From assembly GCA_021432655.1 (NCBI GenBank), contig MU271279.1:1-64000 (forward strand): a DNA stretch of 64,000 bases, in the 5' to 3' direction. The stretch's first letter is position 1, and each line of letters starts with the position of its first letter. Under the pieces are notes generated by a model, which worked only from the letters and a program-made list of their open reading frames with translations, was not told the DNA's origin and ran no database searches. A program made the position numbers and the translations under genes. The stretch is from Atractiella rhizophila (lineage: Eukaryota). This document shows, piece by piece, positions 51,559 to 61,943 of the stretch.

Positions 51559-53766
51559 ATGAAGCCTTCTCTTCCTGAGAAAGATTTGGGTCCCCAGATC
51601 AGCGTAGCAGCGGGAATATCTGTTTCGCTTGTCGCCTCCCTTTTCCAATCGTTAGGTGCAGGTCTCCTCTTCCCCATTGTCTGATCTCATCGGTATACAG
51701 GCCTCACTATCCAGCGGAAATCCCATCTGCAAAATGAGGCACTACCTTCCTCCAAACGCCGTAGCGATTGGAAGCGACCGTAAGTTATATCCTCGCTTTA
51801 TTGGGTACGCGTTATGAGAGGCTGCTGGCTGAGCACGCCTTGTCTGAAGGTTGTGGCTCGTGGGCTTCGGCGTGTTCATTGTCTCCAACATTCTCTCGAC
51901 TGTCTTTCAGCTCTCCGCATTACCAATTGTCATCCTCGCCCCTTTAGGAGCTGTATGTCGACTCCTGCTCTTTTCGGCTCTTTAGTGTGTTTTTAATTGG
52001 AAGAACAGGTTTCTCTCATTTACAATGCCTTCTGTGCTCGTCTTATACTAGGAGACGTCTTCTCCCGCTACCTAGCAATTGGAACACTTTTTGTTGCTGG
52101 TGGAGGTGCGCAGTTTTGCTTTTCTCTCTAGTAGTGCGAGAGTTCTGACGTGTTAATGGGTGGAAAGCTGTCATGGTCGCGCTCTTCGGCGTCGTCCCTG
52201 AGCCGTCTCACACTCTCCCACAGCTAATAGCACTCTACACACGCCCTGCCTTCCTTGCCTGGATCAGCGTGTTTTCCTTCCTCGTCATCTGTCTCCTTCT
52301 CATTGTTAGTTTCTCCTCTTCTTTCCCACCATACTCCCCCGTTAGTTGACTGCTCGGATGCATGGATCGTAGAGCCACGTATCAGAATACTCGCTACGGA
52401 GACAAATGATAGACTTAGAAGCCAGCCTCCTGTCCTCCGATCCAACCTCACAGGCGATACACAAACAGCTCCTTCTTCGGCGGAGCCAAGGACGTGTCCC
52501 CATACAACGACCACTTCGTTTTCATAAACGATATCACTCTCTAGACTCGTCCCGCATCCTTCCTCCACTTCTTCGGCGGAGCCAAGGACGTGTCCCCATA
52601 CAACGACCACTTCGTTTTCATAAACGATATCACTCTCTAGACTCGTCCCGCATCCTTCCTCCCCTCCCGCTTCCCACTTCTCGAACAAATATCGTTAGAA
52701 GTGCAGGCGGGCAGGTGGAAGGGGAGGAAGCTAAAGTAGAGGCGATGGATAGGAAGAAGGTGGAAAGGTTGCAATTTCTCGTAGGTGCAGGATACGGGGC
52801 GAGCAGTGGATGCTTGAGTGGGCTATGCTTGTTATTCGCCAAAACGGGTACTGTCACTCCTTCATTATTTTCCATCACACGCTGACTTTCGTACCCATGA
52901 AAGGCACGGAGCTCCTAATTCAATCTATCGCTGGACCACAGAATCATTTCAAGCATCCCGAGCCTTGGGCAATAGTCATCGTACTCCTACTTGCAGCAAT
53001 CGCGCAGCTGTTCTACCTCAATCGTGCTCTCACGTTCGGAGGACCGACTTTTGTGTGCCCACTCGCATTCATGTTTTATAACTTGTCGTCAATCATCTCT
53101 GGCCTGTTCTATTACGACGAATGGCGCCTCCTCTCTCCATCCCACATCGCCTTGGTCTTCACAGGAACTATCGTCCTTCTCCTTGGGGTATGGATCGTTT
53201 CCCTCCAGGACAGTGATCCGAAGCGAACGACTAGCCAACCCGTAGTACCCACAGAACAAACCGCATTGTTGCCAGCGCGTGGCCCTAGAGCCGGACACGA
53301 TGATGAGGAAGAAAGTGACGACAGCTCATCGGACAGCGAAGATGAGGAAGGAGAACGCAGGTCCTCACTCCTCAACTCCTACCGAGGCTTTGCAATCGGA
53401 ATTTCAGCTTCTTCTCCGGGATTCTCCATCCGTCCCTCTCTCCCTCGTCCCAATCGACAGACGAAAAGATCTGTCACTTATTCTGGAGCAGACAGCGCAC
53501 ATCATCCTTATCCTTCTGGTTCTCCGCCACGCATGGACGGAGAGGAAGCAACCATCCTTGGACCACCGCTTGAACGCACAGTTAGCGAGACGGACTCGGA
53601 ACTCGCAAGGGGAGAGCGAGAGAGGAGACGGGTGGGAAGACACCGCTCGTTGGCTGGGGACCCTTATGTAGGCTTTAGACGAGCAAGTGGAGATGGGAGA
53701 GCTATGATTGGGGGGAGAATGAGAAGGAGCTCATTGAGAGAGGTAGATACGGAAGAGGAACGATAG
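51559..53766 (+). CDS. NIPA / DUF803 family (DMT superfamily) putative Mg2+ transporter
   Basis: ASLFQSLGLTIQRKSH, LPIVILAPLGAVSLIYNA, YGASSGCLSGLCLLFAKTG, QLFYLNRAL and PLAFMFYNLSSIISGLFYYDE, followed by a long acidic/Arg-rich C-tail. Confidence 0.88.
52472..52662 (+). repeat. 96-bp in-frame tandem duplication inside the NIPA CDS
   Basis: cttcttcggcggagccaagg...catccttcctcc starts at 52472 and again at 52568, giving LLRRSQGRVPIQRPLRFHKRYHSLDSSRILPP twice. Confidence 0.95.
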
Positions 53767-53964
53767 CATTGCACATGAAAACGGCAATTGTCAGTTCATT
53801 GTAAATCGGTTCATGCATTCGTTCGTTTTTTCATCTGTGGCAAGTGCTTTCGTTTACATAACTCTTGAAGTGAATGTAACATTATACCCCTTCCTTATTC
53901 TCCTAGGCTCGCAGCCTAATTGTACAACCGTTACATCCTAACGACCCAACCTGCTCCAACATGA

Positions 53965-54969
53965 TTAGAATCCCAGGAACCTCTTCAGCTCGTCTATCAG
54001 TCTTTCCGGCTCCAGCTCCTGAATACTGTGTCCGCATGGCAAGCCCTTGCCCTCGACCTTGAATCCCTCCGAAGTCTTCTCCCTCCAAACCTGGACAGGA
54101 TCCCAAAGCTTCCCAATGATCCCTTCCTCACCCCAGAGCACAAGTACATCCGTCTTCATCTTCTTTCCCTCCCTCTCATCCGCCTCGTCAAGTTCCAAAT
54201 CTATGCTCGCGCTCGCTCGATAGTCTTCACAGATCGCGTGGACGGCGCCAGGCAGACTGTTTGTGCGGTGATATTCTTGTTCGAGCTGGGAACGGATTGG
54301 CGTCGGAGGACGGAGAGCAGCTTGCTTTTCGAGCTGGGATTGGAGGTACTCTCGTTGGTTCGCTTCAATCATTCTGTTCACAAAATCGCATCAAAAGCCT
54401 GGTAAGCTTGGAACTTCATACCTTTCAGGCCACGGATAAGGTTGGATGAGAAAGAACCACCATATATATTTTGTCGCAAACTCCTTATAGTCTTTAGGGG
54501 AGCGATACATGGTCAACGTAGGGGCGATATCCAACAGAACGACCTTCTCGACTCTATCAGGGAAATCCACTGCGAGTCGATGTGCCACCCTCGAGCCTCG
54601 ATCATGACTGACTATCGTGAATCGTTTGAAACCAAAGTTGGCCATAACCTTTACCGAATCGTTTGCCATCTCTCTCTTCGTGTACAGTCTGTGCTCTGTA
54701 TCGCCCTCATCGAAAGGCTTGGAGGAGTCTCCGTATCCCCTCAAGTCGTGAAGCACGACGGTATATCCAGCTTTCTCAAGAACAGGAGCGATGGCGTGCC
54801 ATGTTGAGAGTGTTTGCGGGTTCCCATGTATCAAGAGGACGGGAGGACCAGTGCGGGAGGGTGAGATGGCGGTGTGGATGTGGATTGGAGGAGAAGTAGA
54901 AGTTTGGATCTGTGAGAAGGTGTACGTAGGGTAGAGAGACTTTGCGAGTTCACTCGTTGTGAGCGACAT
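53965..54969 (-). CDS. Fluoroacetate/haloacetate dehalogenase-like alpha/beta hydrolase (318 aa, one intron 54374-54421)
   Basis: LLIHGNPQT, DLRGYGDSSKP, YTKREMAND, SHDRGSRVAHRLAVD, LLDIAP, YIWWFFLIQP, ICEDYRA, VLVLWG and CGH. Confidence 0.88.
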
Positions 54970-55681
54970 GGTTTCTTCAGAAAGACAAAGACAATGTCAA
55001 GATCAAAGTTTGATGAGGAAGCAGCAGCACTAAACATCCAACTCTGCCTGCTTTTATAGTTTTCGGACGAATCTGTTTCGTCAACTGTTCCATGCAAGTA
55101 TTTATTAACTTGTATTAACTGTCGCAAGAGCTCAATCGTTTAAAGCTGTCAGCACAAGTTAAGGTAACGCTGGCGGTTGTGCGTAAGACCGAATAGTCCG
55201 AGGCGTGGTAGCATCAACCTCATTTCGATACTCGACTCGAGCGCTCCAAAATGTGAAGCGAGAAATCTGCTATCATGCAGGAAACATCTTTGAAATTTGG
55301 TGAATATGACAACAGCATGAAACAGACTCGAGCCCAGTAGGCAAAGTGAGTACCCACCACTTGATGCGACTTAGATCTTGCAACAGTCAAGGCCTTTGTG
55401 TGGAATATCTGTGAGAGAACACTCTCAAATGGTTGTACTACAGTCAGCGAGTGATCCAGGTCAAAGTCCCTTTGTTTGAGCCGCAGCAATAACAATCTGA
55501 CTAAGCACAAGTGAACCTAATTATGTGAGCTCTTCCAAGTGGTGAGCATTTTCTTTGTTTCTTTTCATGGATAGAGTCAAGAATACTGCTGAAAAGATGC
55601 CAAGGTGCCAATAATGGGCTCCCGAACTCGCAAAAATATTTCCTGTCTACAAAGAGAAACGGTCCACTGTAAAGTCATGCT

Positions 55682-56975
55682 TCAATCCTGTAACACAAGT
55701 TCGGGCTGCTGAAGAAAAGATGGTACAAAGACATTCTGAAAGCCTGGATTTCGAACTTCGCTTGCATACTGCGCACGGTGTCAGCCACACCACAGTGTCA
55801 GAAAGTAGATGCTTACTTCTCTCTCAACGCACATATCTCCTCCTGAAGGACCCACATGAACGCAGTGCACATCTGGTCTAAGTGTGCAATATGTCAGCTG
55901 CCTCCTCTTCTTATAGTTTAATACAAATGATACCTCGTGAGAACCATTGCTCGATGGATATATCGACAGAATGTAGTATCTTGACCCAATGCCCAAGGAT
56001 CTCCCAGCTCTCTTTCAGTCATGAGAAAATTCACACATCCGTCAAAGTCGTCGTACTGCTTGTTGCTCCCCAAACAGTATGCCATTGCCCTACTGGACAT
56101 TCAACCACGCTATCTGAACGGGCTGTGGAGTACGCACACTTCGCACGTATCCACGGCTGCTCTCATCTTGATCAGGTTGCTGCTGGACAAGATTTGCTCT
56201 CCTTTCCTAAAACGTCCAGCGGTCATACTAACTGTCCGATCCCCATTGTCGCCTTCCTCAACAGAATAGCCCAATTCGTTTGCGATAGGCTTTAGAAGGT
56301 AGGGAAAAGCCTCCTGCACGGACCAAGCATAACGACGGAAGGTGAAATCGTAAGCTGTCATTTTCGTAGGGTTTGAAGGGTCGTATTTAAGCCATGCATC
56401 GATTTGGATGGGCTGGTAAGGCATTCCGTCCACGCCATAGTCATATTCTGCTATCAGGGACCAGGAGACAATGGATTCCGTCAATGTGAGAGCGCTGAAA
56501 ATCTGTCAGTATTCATCAACTGCATCTGAACTAGAGGGGTACATGATTTTCGTGTCTCGAGCGACAGGAACAAGACGGGTAGTGTTGATTGATCCTTGGT
56601 ACCCGAAAACACCTGAAAAAAATGTTTAACCCAAACCGCAGAAACTGTGAAGCAACTCGTACCAAAGATGTACTCAGTGTTCAACTCTGCGCCGTCATAC
56701 TCATTGGTCACATCCACTCTCCCAACAACGTCGTCAGAAAAGCCTTCCCAGACACCAGCATTTGCAATCGGCGCTGGATTTAGGTAAGCCTCCCCTAGTC
56801 TATGAACATTCGCCTTTCCAGACACTCAGCGAAAGGACTGGATGGATGGAAGAAGACTTGCAAGCAGCACGGCTGGGTTGATTGATTGGCTGGTTGCTAT
56901 CGCAGGACGAGCACAACCAGAGGGAGCGAGGAGAAAGAGAGTGCCATAAAGGAGGAGAGTAGTGAGAGGCGCCAT
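55682..56975 (-). CDS. Secreted fungal hypothetical protein (signal peptide, SnoaL/NTF2-like segment, Cys/His-rich C-terminal domain)
   Basis: Signal-like start MAPLTTLLLYGTLFLLAPSGCA; FSDDVVGRVDVTNEYDGAELNTEYIFG; PIQIDAWLKY; YCLGSNKQYDDFDGCVNFL...CRYIHRAM...HCVHVGPSGGDMC. The fold call is an inference. Confidence 0.7.
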
Positions 56976-58363
56976 TGACGGAGCTTGAGCTCAAAGGGCT
57001 GTCGAGGGAAAATTCTCTCCATTCCCATTCGCTTTAAGCGCTTTCATGAGACTCTGTCGAGGTACATGTACACAAGCTCAAACATTAGTCAAACAAGGCG
57101 AGCAAGAATTGCGGCGGAGAATGGACAAGAATGGACGCGAAAATCACTAAAAGGTATTGGAAACTGCTTATCTGAATTCTGAGGTAAATCAAAATCAAGT
57201 CCTAGCCTAATTTTCTACTCTGCTAGGGCTACTGGCAGTGTTAATTCCCTTTATTGGCCAGGTTATTATCGGAACTCTGCGCAATCTACAAGCCGCAACA
57301 GATACAACCGGCATGTTTGGCATCCGAAAATCTCCAACGAGTCTTGGAAAACATGTCGCCCATCACTTCCTACTTACTAAAATCGCGTCACTACCTTATC
57401 AGCCACACGCAGTGGCGGACATCACATCCAACGCTATTCAAGCGAGGAGCTAAGGTCCGCTGTCGGATAGCTGTATTTGGACGAACGCTGTCGTGCGCCT
57501 GAAGACAACACGAGGCTCCAAAGGAGTGACAGACTAAGAAATGAGGTCACTATTACCTTTTCCTGGTTAGGCCTACAGCTCGAGCGCGAACCAAGCTAAA
57601 GAGTACTTGGATCTTAAAACAACGAGTCCCTTCGAAATATGGGACTTTAATTCACCTAATCACATCGTGAAGCGGATTTTTAAACGTTGAAATGTTCAGA
57701 ACTCGCCTACATAAATAAAAGATACTTGCTGACTACTCCTGTGGTTGAAAATGACACGGAGATGCACGTCTTCCCACATAAACATCTCTTGGGAGGATAG
57801 GGCCATCGAATTTTATGCTCTTGCTTGTAGCTTAGGTAACAGGCATGCTCATACTTGAATCGATTCAAAAGTTCAGCCCTTCCCCTTTCCTCAAAGTCTT
57901 GTCACCGTCACATTGTCTACCCTTTCGATAAGCGAGTAAGCATCTACTCAATACCTTCTCAGCGAGGTGCACATGCAGCTTGGCGAGCGTGATTCACAAA
58001 GTAACTGCACCGCTGTTCTGTTTGAAGGACAGGATGAACTGAAAGAGAAGCTGCAACACGCGCGATCGCGCGCTCATGTGCGCTCCTGAAAGACACATCA
58101 CGAATATTAGAACTGACGGTTTGTGCAAGCTGAGGATGGCAACTTTGCTTTATACTATAGAGCGATGTGTGGGTTGTTGCACTTTGTAGTCGAAATAGAG
58201 GATGAAAGAAATGAATAACTAACTATTGTTTTGTTCGACTACAAAGCGCAAGACCCCGCTGAAAAAGGGCAGAAGCGCTCACCCTAACCAACGAGGATTT
58301 GGATAGTACGCTCTATAGACTGGGAGGAAGCAAGGGGACGGGTGGGTGGGACTTAAAAAGAGA

Positions 58364-58879
58364 ACGCGTATGAAGACTGCTTGCGAGTGAGGAGCAGCAG
58401 ACCTGAGCGTGAGGCGATGGTCGACTTTGCTTGCAAGCAAAGTAAGCGCCTCACGTGCACAAACGCAACTTTCGCTTCTTCGTGCCTCATTTTCGAAACT
58501 TCACTAACTGACGGTCTATGATTTGAGATGATCGAATTTACATAGTGCTAGTGAAAGGTGAGCTGATTTGACTTTTCAAAGTTCCTTTTCAATTGGGTCC
58601 TCTGGGCAAACCCAGCCTCGGACTGGGTAGAAGTACAATACTACTTGCGTCTCCCGAATAAGAGGACTCTATCAGTAAACGCATACGCGTAATGTTGAGG
58701 GATTTGAATGCCATAAAAGAATTCTTTAATTCTTTCAAGCAGATCAAGCTTCAGGCTAAAATTATTGAGGCATAAGGACGGCGTCTGACTTTCTCCCAGC
58801 CTCTTTCCCAAATTCTAATACGTACATTTTCCCAGCAGTGAAAAATATATCTTTTCTCTTTCGGCTGCATCAGACGCGT
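58364..58879 (+). promoter_or_regulatory. Three ACGCGT (MluI/MCB-like) boxes upstream of the Ura1-like gene
   Basis: ACGCGTA at 58364, 58685 and 58874. Confidence 0.4.
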
Positions 58880-58901
58880 AACAGGTCTCTAAAGTGCTCA
58901 A

Positions 58902-59918
58902 ATGGCGCTTCCGCTTCTAAATTCCTCCAGCCCATGGGCCACCACCCAATCTGATCTGCGAGGGCTATATGAATCCGAATACACGAGCGCAGTGACTACT
59001 CGCACGAGTCTTCTCCACGGCTTTGCCCACGATGATAACGTGCACAAGATGTGTTTCTTCGCTGCAGGTTCGCATTCCGTTCCTTCCACCACGAAGGAAA
59101 CGTTGGGAACCGATTCGAGCCTGAACACTTACGGTTATTCGCCGTTCCCTCTGGCGGATTACCTTCAGATGATCTCTACTCTGTATGCTGAACACGATGA
59201 GAAGACACCTGGAAAGAGAAAGAAACCGTTCATTGTTTCCGTCACTGGTGTTCCTTCGGAGATTGTGTCGTGTTACGGTCTCATCGTCGATCTCGCAAAG
59301 GGAGTTCAAACTGTGGAAGAGGAAGAGAAGGGAACACTACTATCGATGGAAATCAACCTTTCCTGTCCCAACATTGCAAACAAGCCTCCACCAGCATACG
59401 ACTCCTCTTCACTGTCCGAGTATCTCATTGCTCTCAAACCAGTCTTTGAACCTCTCGTCAAAATAGGGGTCAAAGTCCCACCATATACGTACATGGCTCA
59501 ATTCCAAATGCTCCTTTCTGCACTCGAAGCCTCCGCTCCAGGAGGACCAATCGCCTTCATTACATCCACGAACACTCTCGGATCGTCTATCGTCTTCACG
59601 CCATCTATTACATCTTCCTCCAGTAAATCTCTATCTCCAGCTCTGCCCTCGGAAGACGGTAGCGGAATAGGAGGTATGGCAGGCTCAGCCCTTCACCCAC
59701 TAGCGTTGGGAAATGTGTATCGTATCCGCCAGTTATTGGATGGGAGCAAGGAGGAAGAGGTGAGGAGGATCGAGATTGTTGGTGTAGGAGGTGTGGGGGA
59801 TAGGGAGGGGTATGAGAGGATGAGGGCGGCTGGTGCGAACAGGGTTGCCCTGGCTACGGCGCTTGGGAGGGAGGGCGTGGGAGTCTTTGAGAAGATTACG
59901 AAGGGAAAGGAGTTGTAG
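58902..59918 (+). CDS. Class 1A dihydroorotate-dehydrogenase-like FMN enzyme, probably dihydrouracil oxidase; intronless
   Basis: LLNSSSPWATT, AVTTRTS, SLNTYGYSP, KPFIVSVTG, EINLSCPNI, VKVPPY, TSTNTLG, GGMAGSALHPLALGNV and IVGVGGV. Confidence 0.88.
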   Translation: MALPLLNSSSPWATTQSDLRGLYESEYTSAVTTRTSLLHGFAHDDNVHKMCFFAAGSHSVPSTTKETLGTDSSLNTYGYSPFPLADYLQMISTLYAEHDEKTPGKRKKPFIVSVTGVPSEIVSCYGLIVDLAKGVQTVEEEEKGTLLSMEINLSCPNIANKPPPAYDSSSLSEYLIALKPVFEPLVKIGVKVPPYTYMAQFQMLLSALEASAPGGPIAFITSTNTLGSSIVFTPSITSSSSKSLSPALPSEDGSGIGGMAGSALHPLALGNVYRIRQLLDGSKEEEVRRIEIVGVGGVGDREGYERMRAAGANRVALATALGREGVGVFEKITKGKEL

Positions 59919-60173
59919 AGCTGGAAGACTCAACTTGAAGGGTCGTGGCTATATTGATATAAGGGAATTTTCTTGCGAAGAATGCACTTATGTTCCGGTT
60001 AAAAATGTGTCAGGTGTACAACTTGGTATTCTCATTCAAATTTATTGATGTATCATAACAAATGGACAATCTCAGCCTTGATCGACGTGAATATAATCGG
60101 ACAATAACAGCACAAAAGGTCCTTCATTCACCAACACTTCTTAATTCGGAACAACACAAGTCTTGACCAATTC

Positions 60174-61169
60174 TCAAATATCGAAATCATCCCACTTCTT
60201 CTTCTCCCCACTCTCAATCTGCCTACTCATCCTCAGCACCGAATTCGGCAGAAAAACATCTTCAGGTTTAGGGAACGCAATTTCCTTCGGTACGAACGCT
60301 TCTTCTTCCGGTATGAACTGTTCATCGTCTTTTCTTCCAGGATGGGTGGGAGGGAAGTAGACGGGGATCAAGGTCTTGTACACCTCGTAGTCCCGGAGAG
60401 GGAAACAGACGAAGACGATGTTCTTGACTAGTTCTTGTTTCGGATGATTTTCCAAGAAGGAACGGACGGTGCGGAGCGCTATGTGCGTTGCTTTTCCGAG
60501 TGGAAAGCCGTATATTCCGGTGGAGATTCCACAGAAGGCCTGTATCCATCATTCCTCCCCATTAACACTCCAGAATCCAAATTGAAGGGGAGAGAAAATG
60601 GACGTACGATACTCTCCACTCCTTCCTCAGTCTTCCCAGCATTCTCATTGATCTCAATAGCCCTCTCCAAACAAGCAGTATAACAATCCTCCAAATCCTC
60701 CTCCGCCTCCTGCGGGTCCTCATACTCGTTGTAAATCGGTCCAGCGGTATGAATCACAAACTGAGCGGGCAGATTGAATCCCGGGGCAATCTTCGCGTCT
60801 CCCGTCTCGCACCCTCCCAACGTCTTGTTGAAAGCCAACAAGCGGGGTCCGGCCGCTTTGTGGATCGCGCCGTCGATGCCTCCACCACCTTGGAGAGAGT
60901 TGTTCGCCGCGTTTACCACCGCTGTCGCCGCGAGACGGGTCATGTCCCCTCGCCTGTCATCATTCGATCATCAGTCCTCAACTTTCGTACTTGTACTCTT
61001 TGCCCGATTGAAGAGTTTTGGAGGATGAGACGTACCATAGGAAGACACGACGGTTGATGGACATGTTGTGGTCGAACTCGAGCTCGTGGCGAGGAGGGAT
61101 GGGGAACATTTTCTCCACATAGTGATTGTGCACTGAATATTTGCTTTCGATGGGAATTGGTGAAGGCAT
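60174..61169 (-). CDS. MacroD-type macrodomain protein (ADP-ribosylhydrolase / O-acetyl-ADP-ribose deacetylase-like)
   Basis: GDMT...VVNAANNSLQGGGGIDGAIHKAAG, CETGDAKI...LPAQFVIHTAGP and, after splicing, AFCGISTGIYGFP. Confidence 0.9.
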
Positions 61170-61391
61170 CTTCTATATTACTTCGATTTCGCGTTTAGAG
61201 AGATGTGAAAGTGGCTTGGGCGGTTCAGTTGGAGGCAGTCGTCGTTTGGTCGTTACGTCCCTTTTGAGCAAGGGATCTCACGAATAAAATGGGACAGACA
61301 ACATTATGACGTAGTAACGAAGCCCCTTGGGACAGAAGAGCTGGCCCCTTAGCAATTTCTTCCAAGCCAAACTTGCCAGAAAGAGAGAACG

Positions 61392-61943
61392 ATGCGTCCC
61401 TCATTCCCCTTCGCGCGTCTCTGCAACTTCCTTCCACGGCATCTCCGAAGATTCCAGAGTACAAGCGCAGCGACAACAGCGAGCAAGAATGTGCCGCTCG
61501 AGCTTCCGCCTCTCCAAGACCCACTGCTCGCCTACCTCGTCAACCTGACCATGCGACACGGGAAGAAGACCTTGTACCAGAACCAAATCGCGCTCATGCT
61601 GCGCACCATCCTCCTCACCACCTCCTCACCTCCCTTACCCCTCCTCCGTCGAGCATTGCAGATGGCCGCGCCGTCCGTGGGCATTTTCACCATCAAGAGG
61701 AACATGAGGAAGTTTGAGGTACCGCAGCCGATGACGGAGAAGAGGAGGGTGAGGGAGGCGTGGATGTGGATCGTGGAGGAGAGCGAGAAGAGGTTGGAGA
61801 AGGAGTTGGGGAGGAGGTTGGCGGCTGAGGTGTTGAATGTGTTGGAGGGGAAGAGCGCAGTGTTGGGCAAGACGATGGAGAGACATAAGGTCGCGGTTGC
61901 TAATAGGGTCAACGTTGGAAAAAGCTTTGCTCATAGACGTTAG
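61392..61943 (+). CDS. RSM7: Mitochondrial ribosomal protein uS7m
   Basis: Presequence, then LVNLTMRHGKK, A...AAP, VPQPMTEKRRVREAWMWIVE and RHKVAVANR. Confidence 0.88.
   Translation: MRPSFPFARLCNFLPRHLRRFQSTSAATTASKNVPLELPPLQDPLLAYLVNLTMRHGKKTLYQNQIALMLRTILLTTSSPPLPLLRRALQMAAPSVGIFTIKRNMRKFEVPQPMTEKRRVREAWMWIVEESEKRLEKELGRRLAAEVLNVLEGKSAVLGKTMERHKVAVANRVNVGKSFAHRR

Larger units (their letters stand above)
39461..57435. repeat. Tandem block duplication B (39461-48696 and 48722-57435) around a 25-N gap; probably uncollapsed haplotypes
   Basis: The post-gap sequence cccattctcaacacagtacc matches 39461. The pre-gap sequence catcacatccaacgct recurs at 57420-57435. Confidence 0.95.

Noticed and set aside
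58385..58570. U3 snoRNA-like words (GAGCGTGA, GATGATCG, CTGA)
   Set aside because: No box A/A' 5' domain was found and the spacing is unconvincing; kept only as an unexplained hairpin.
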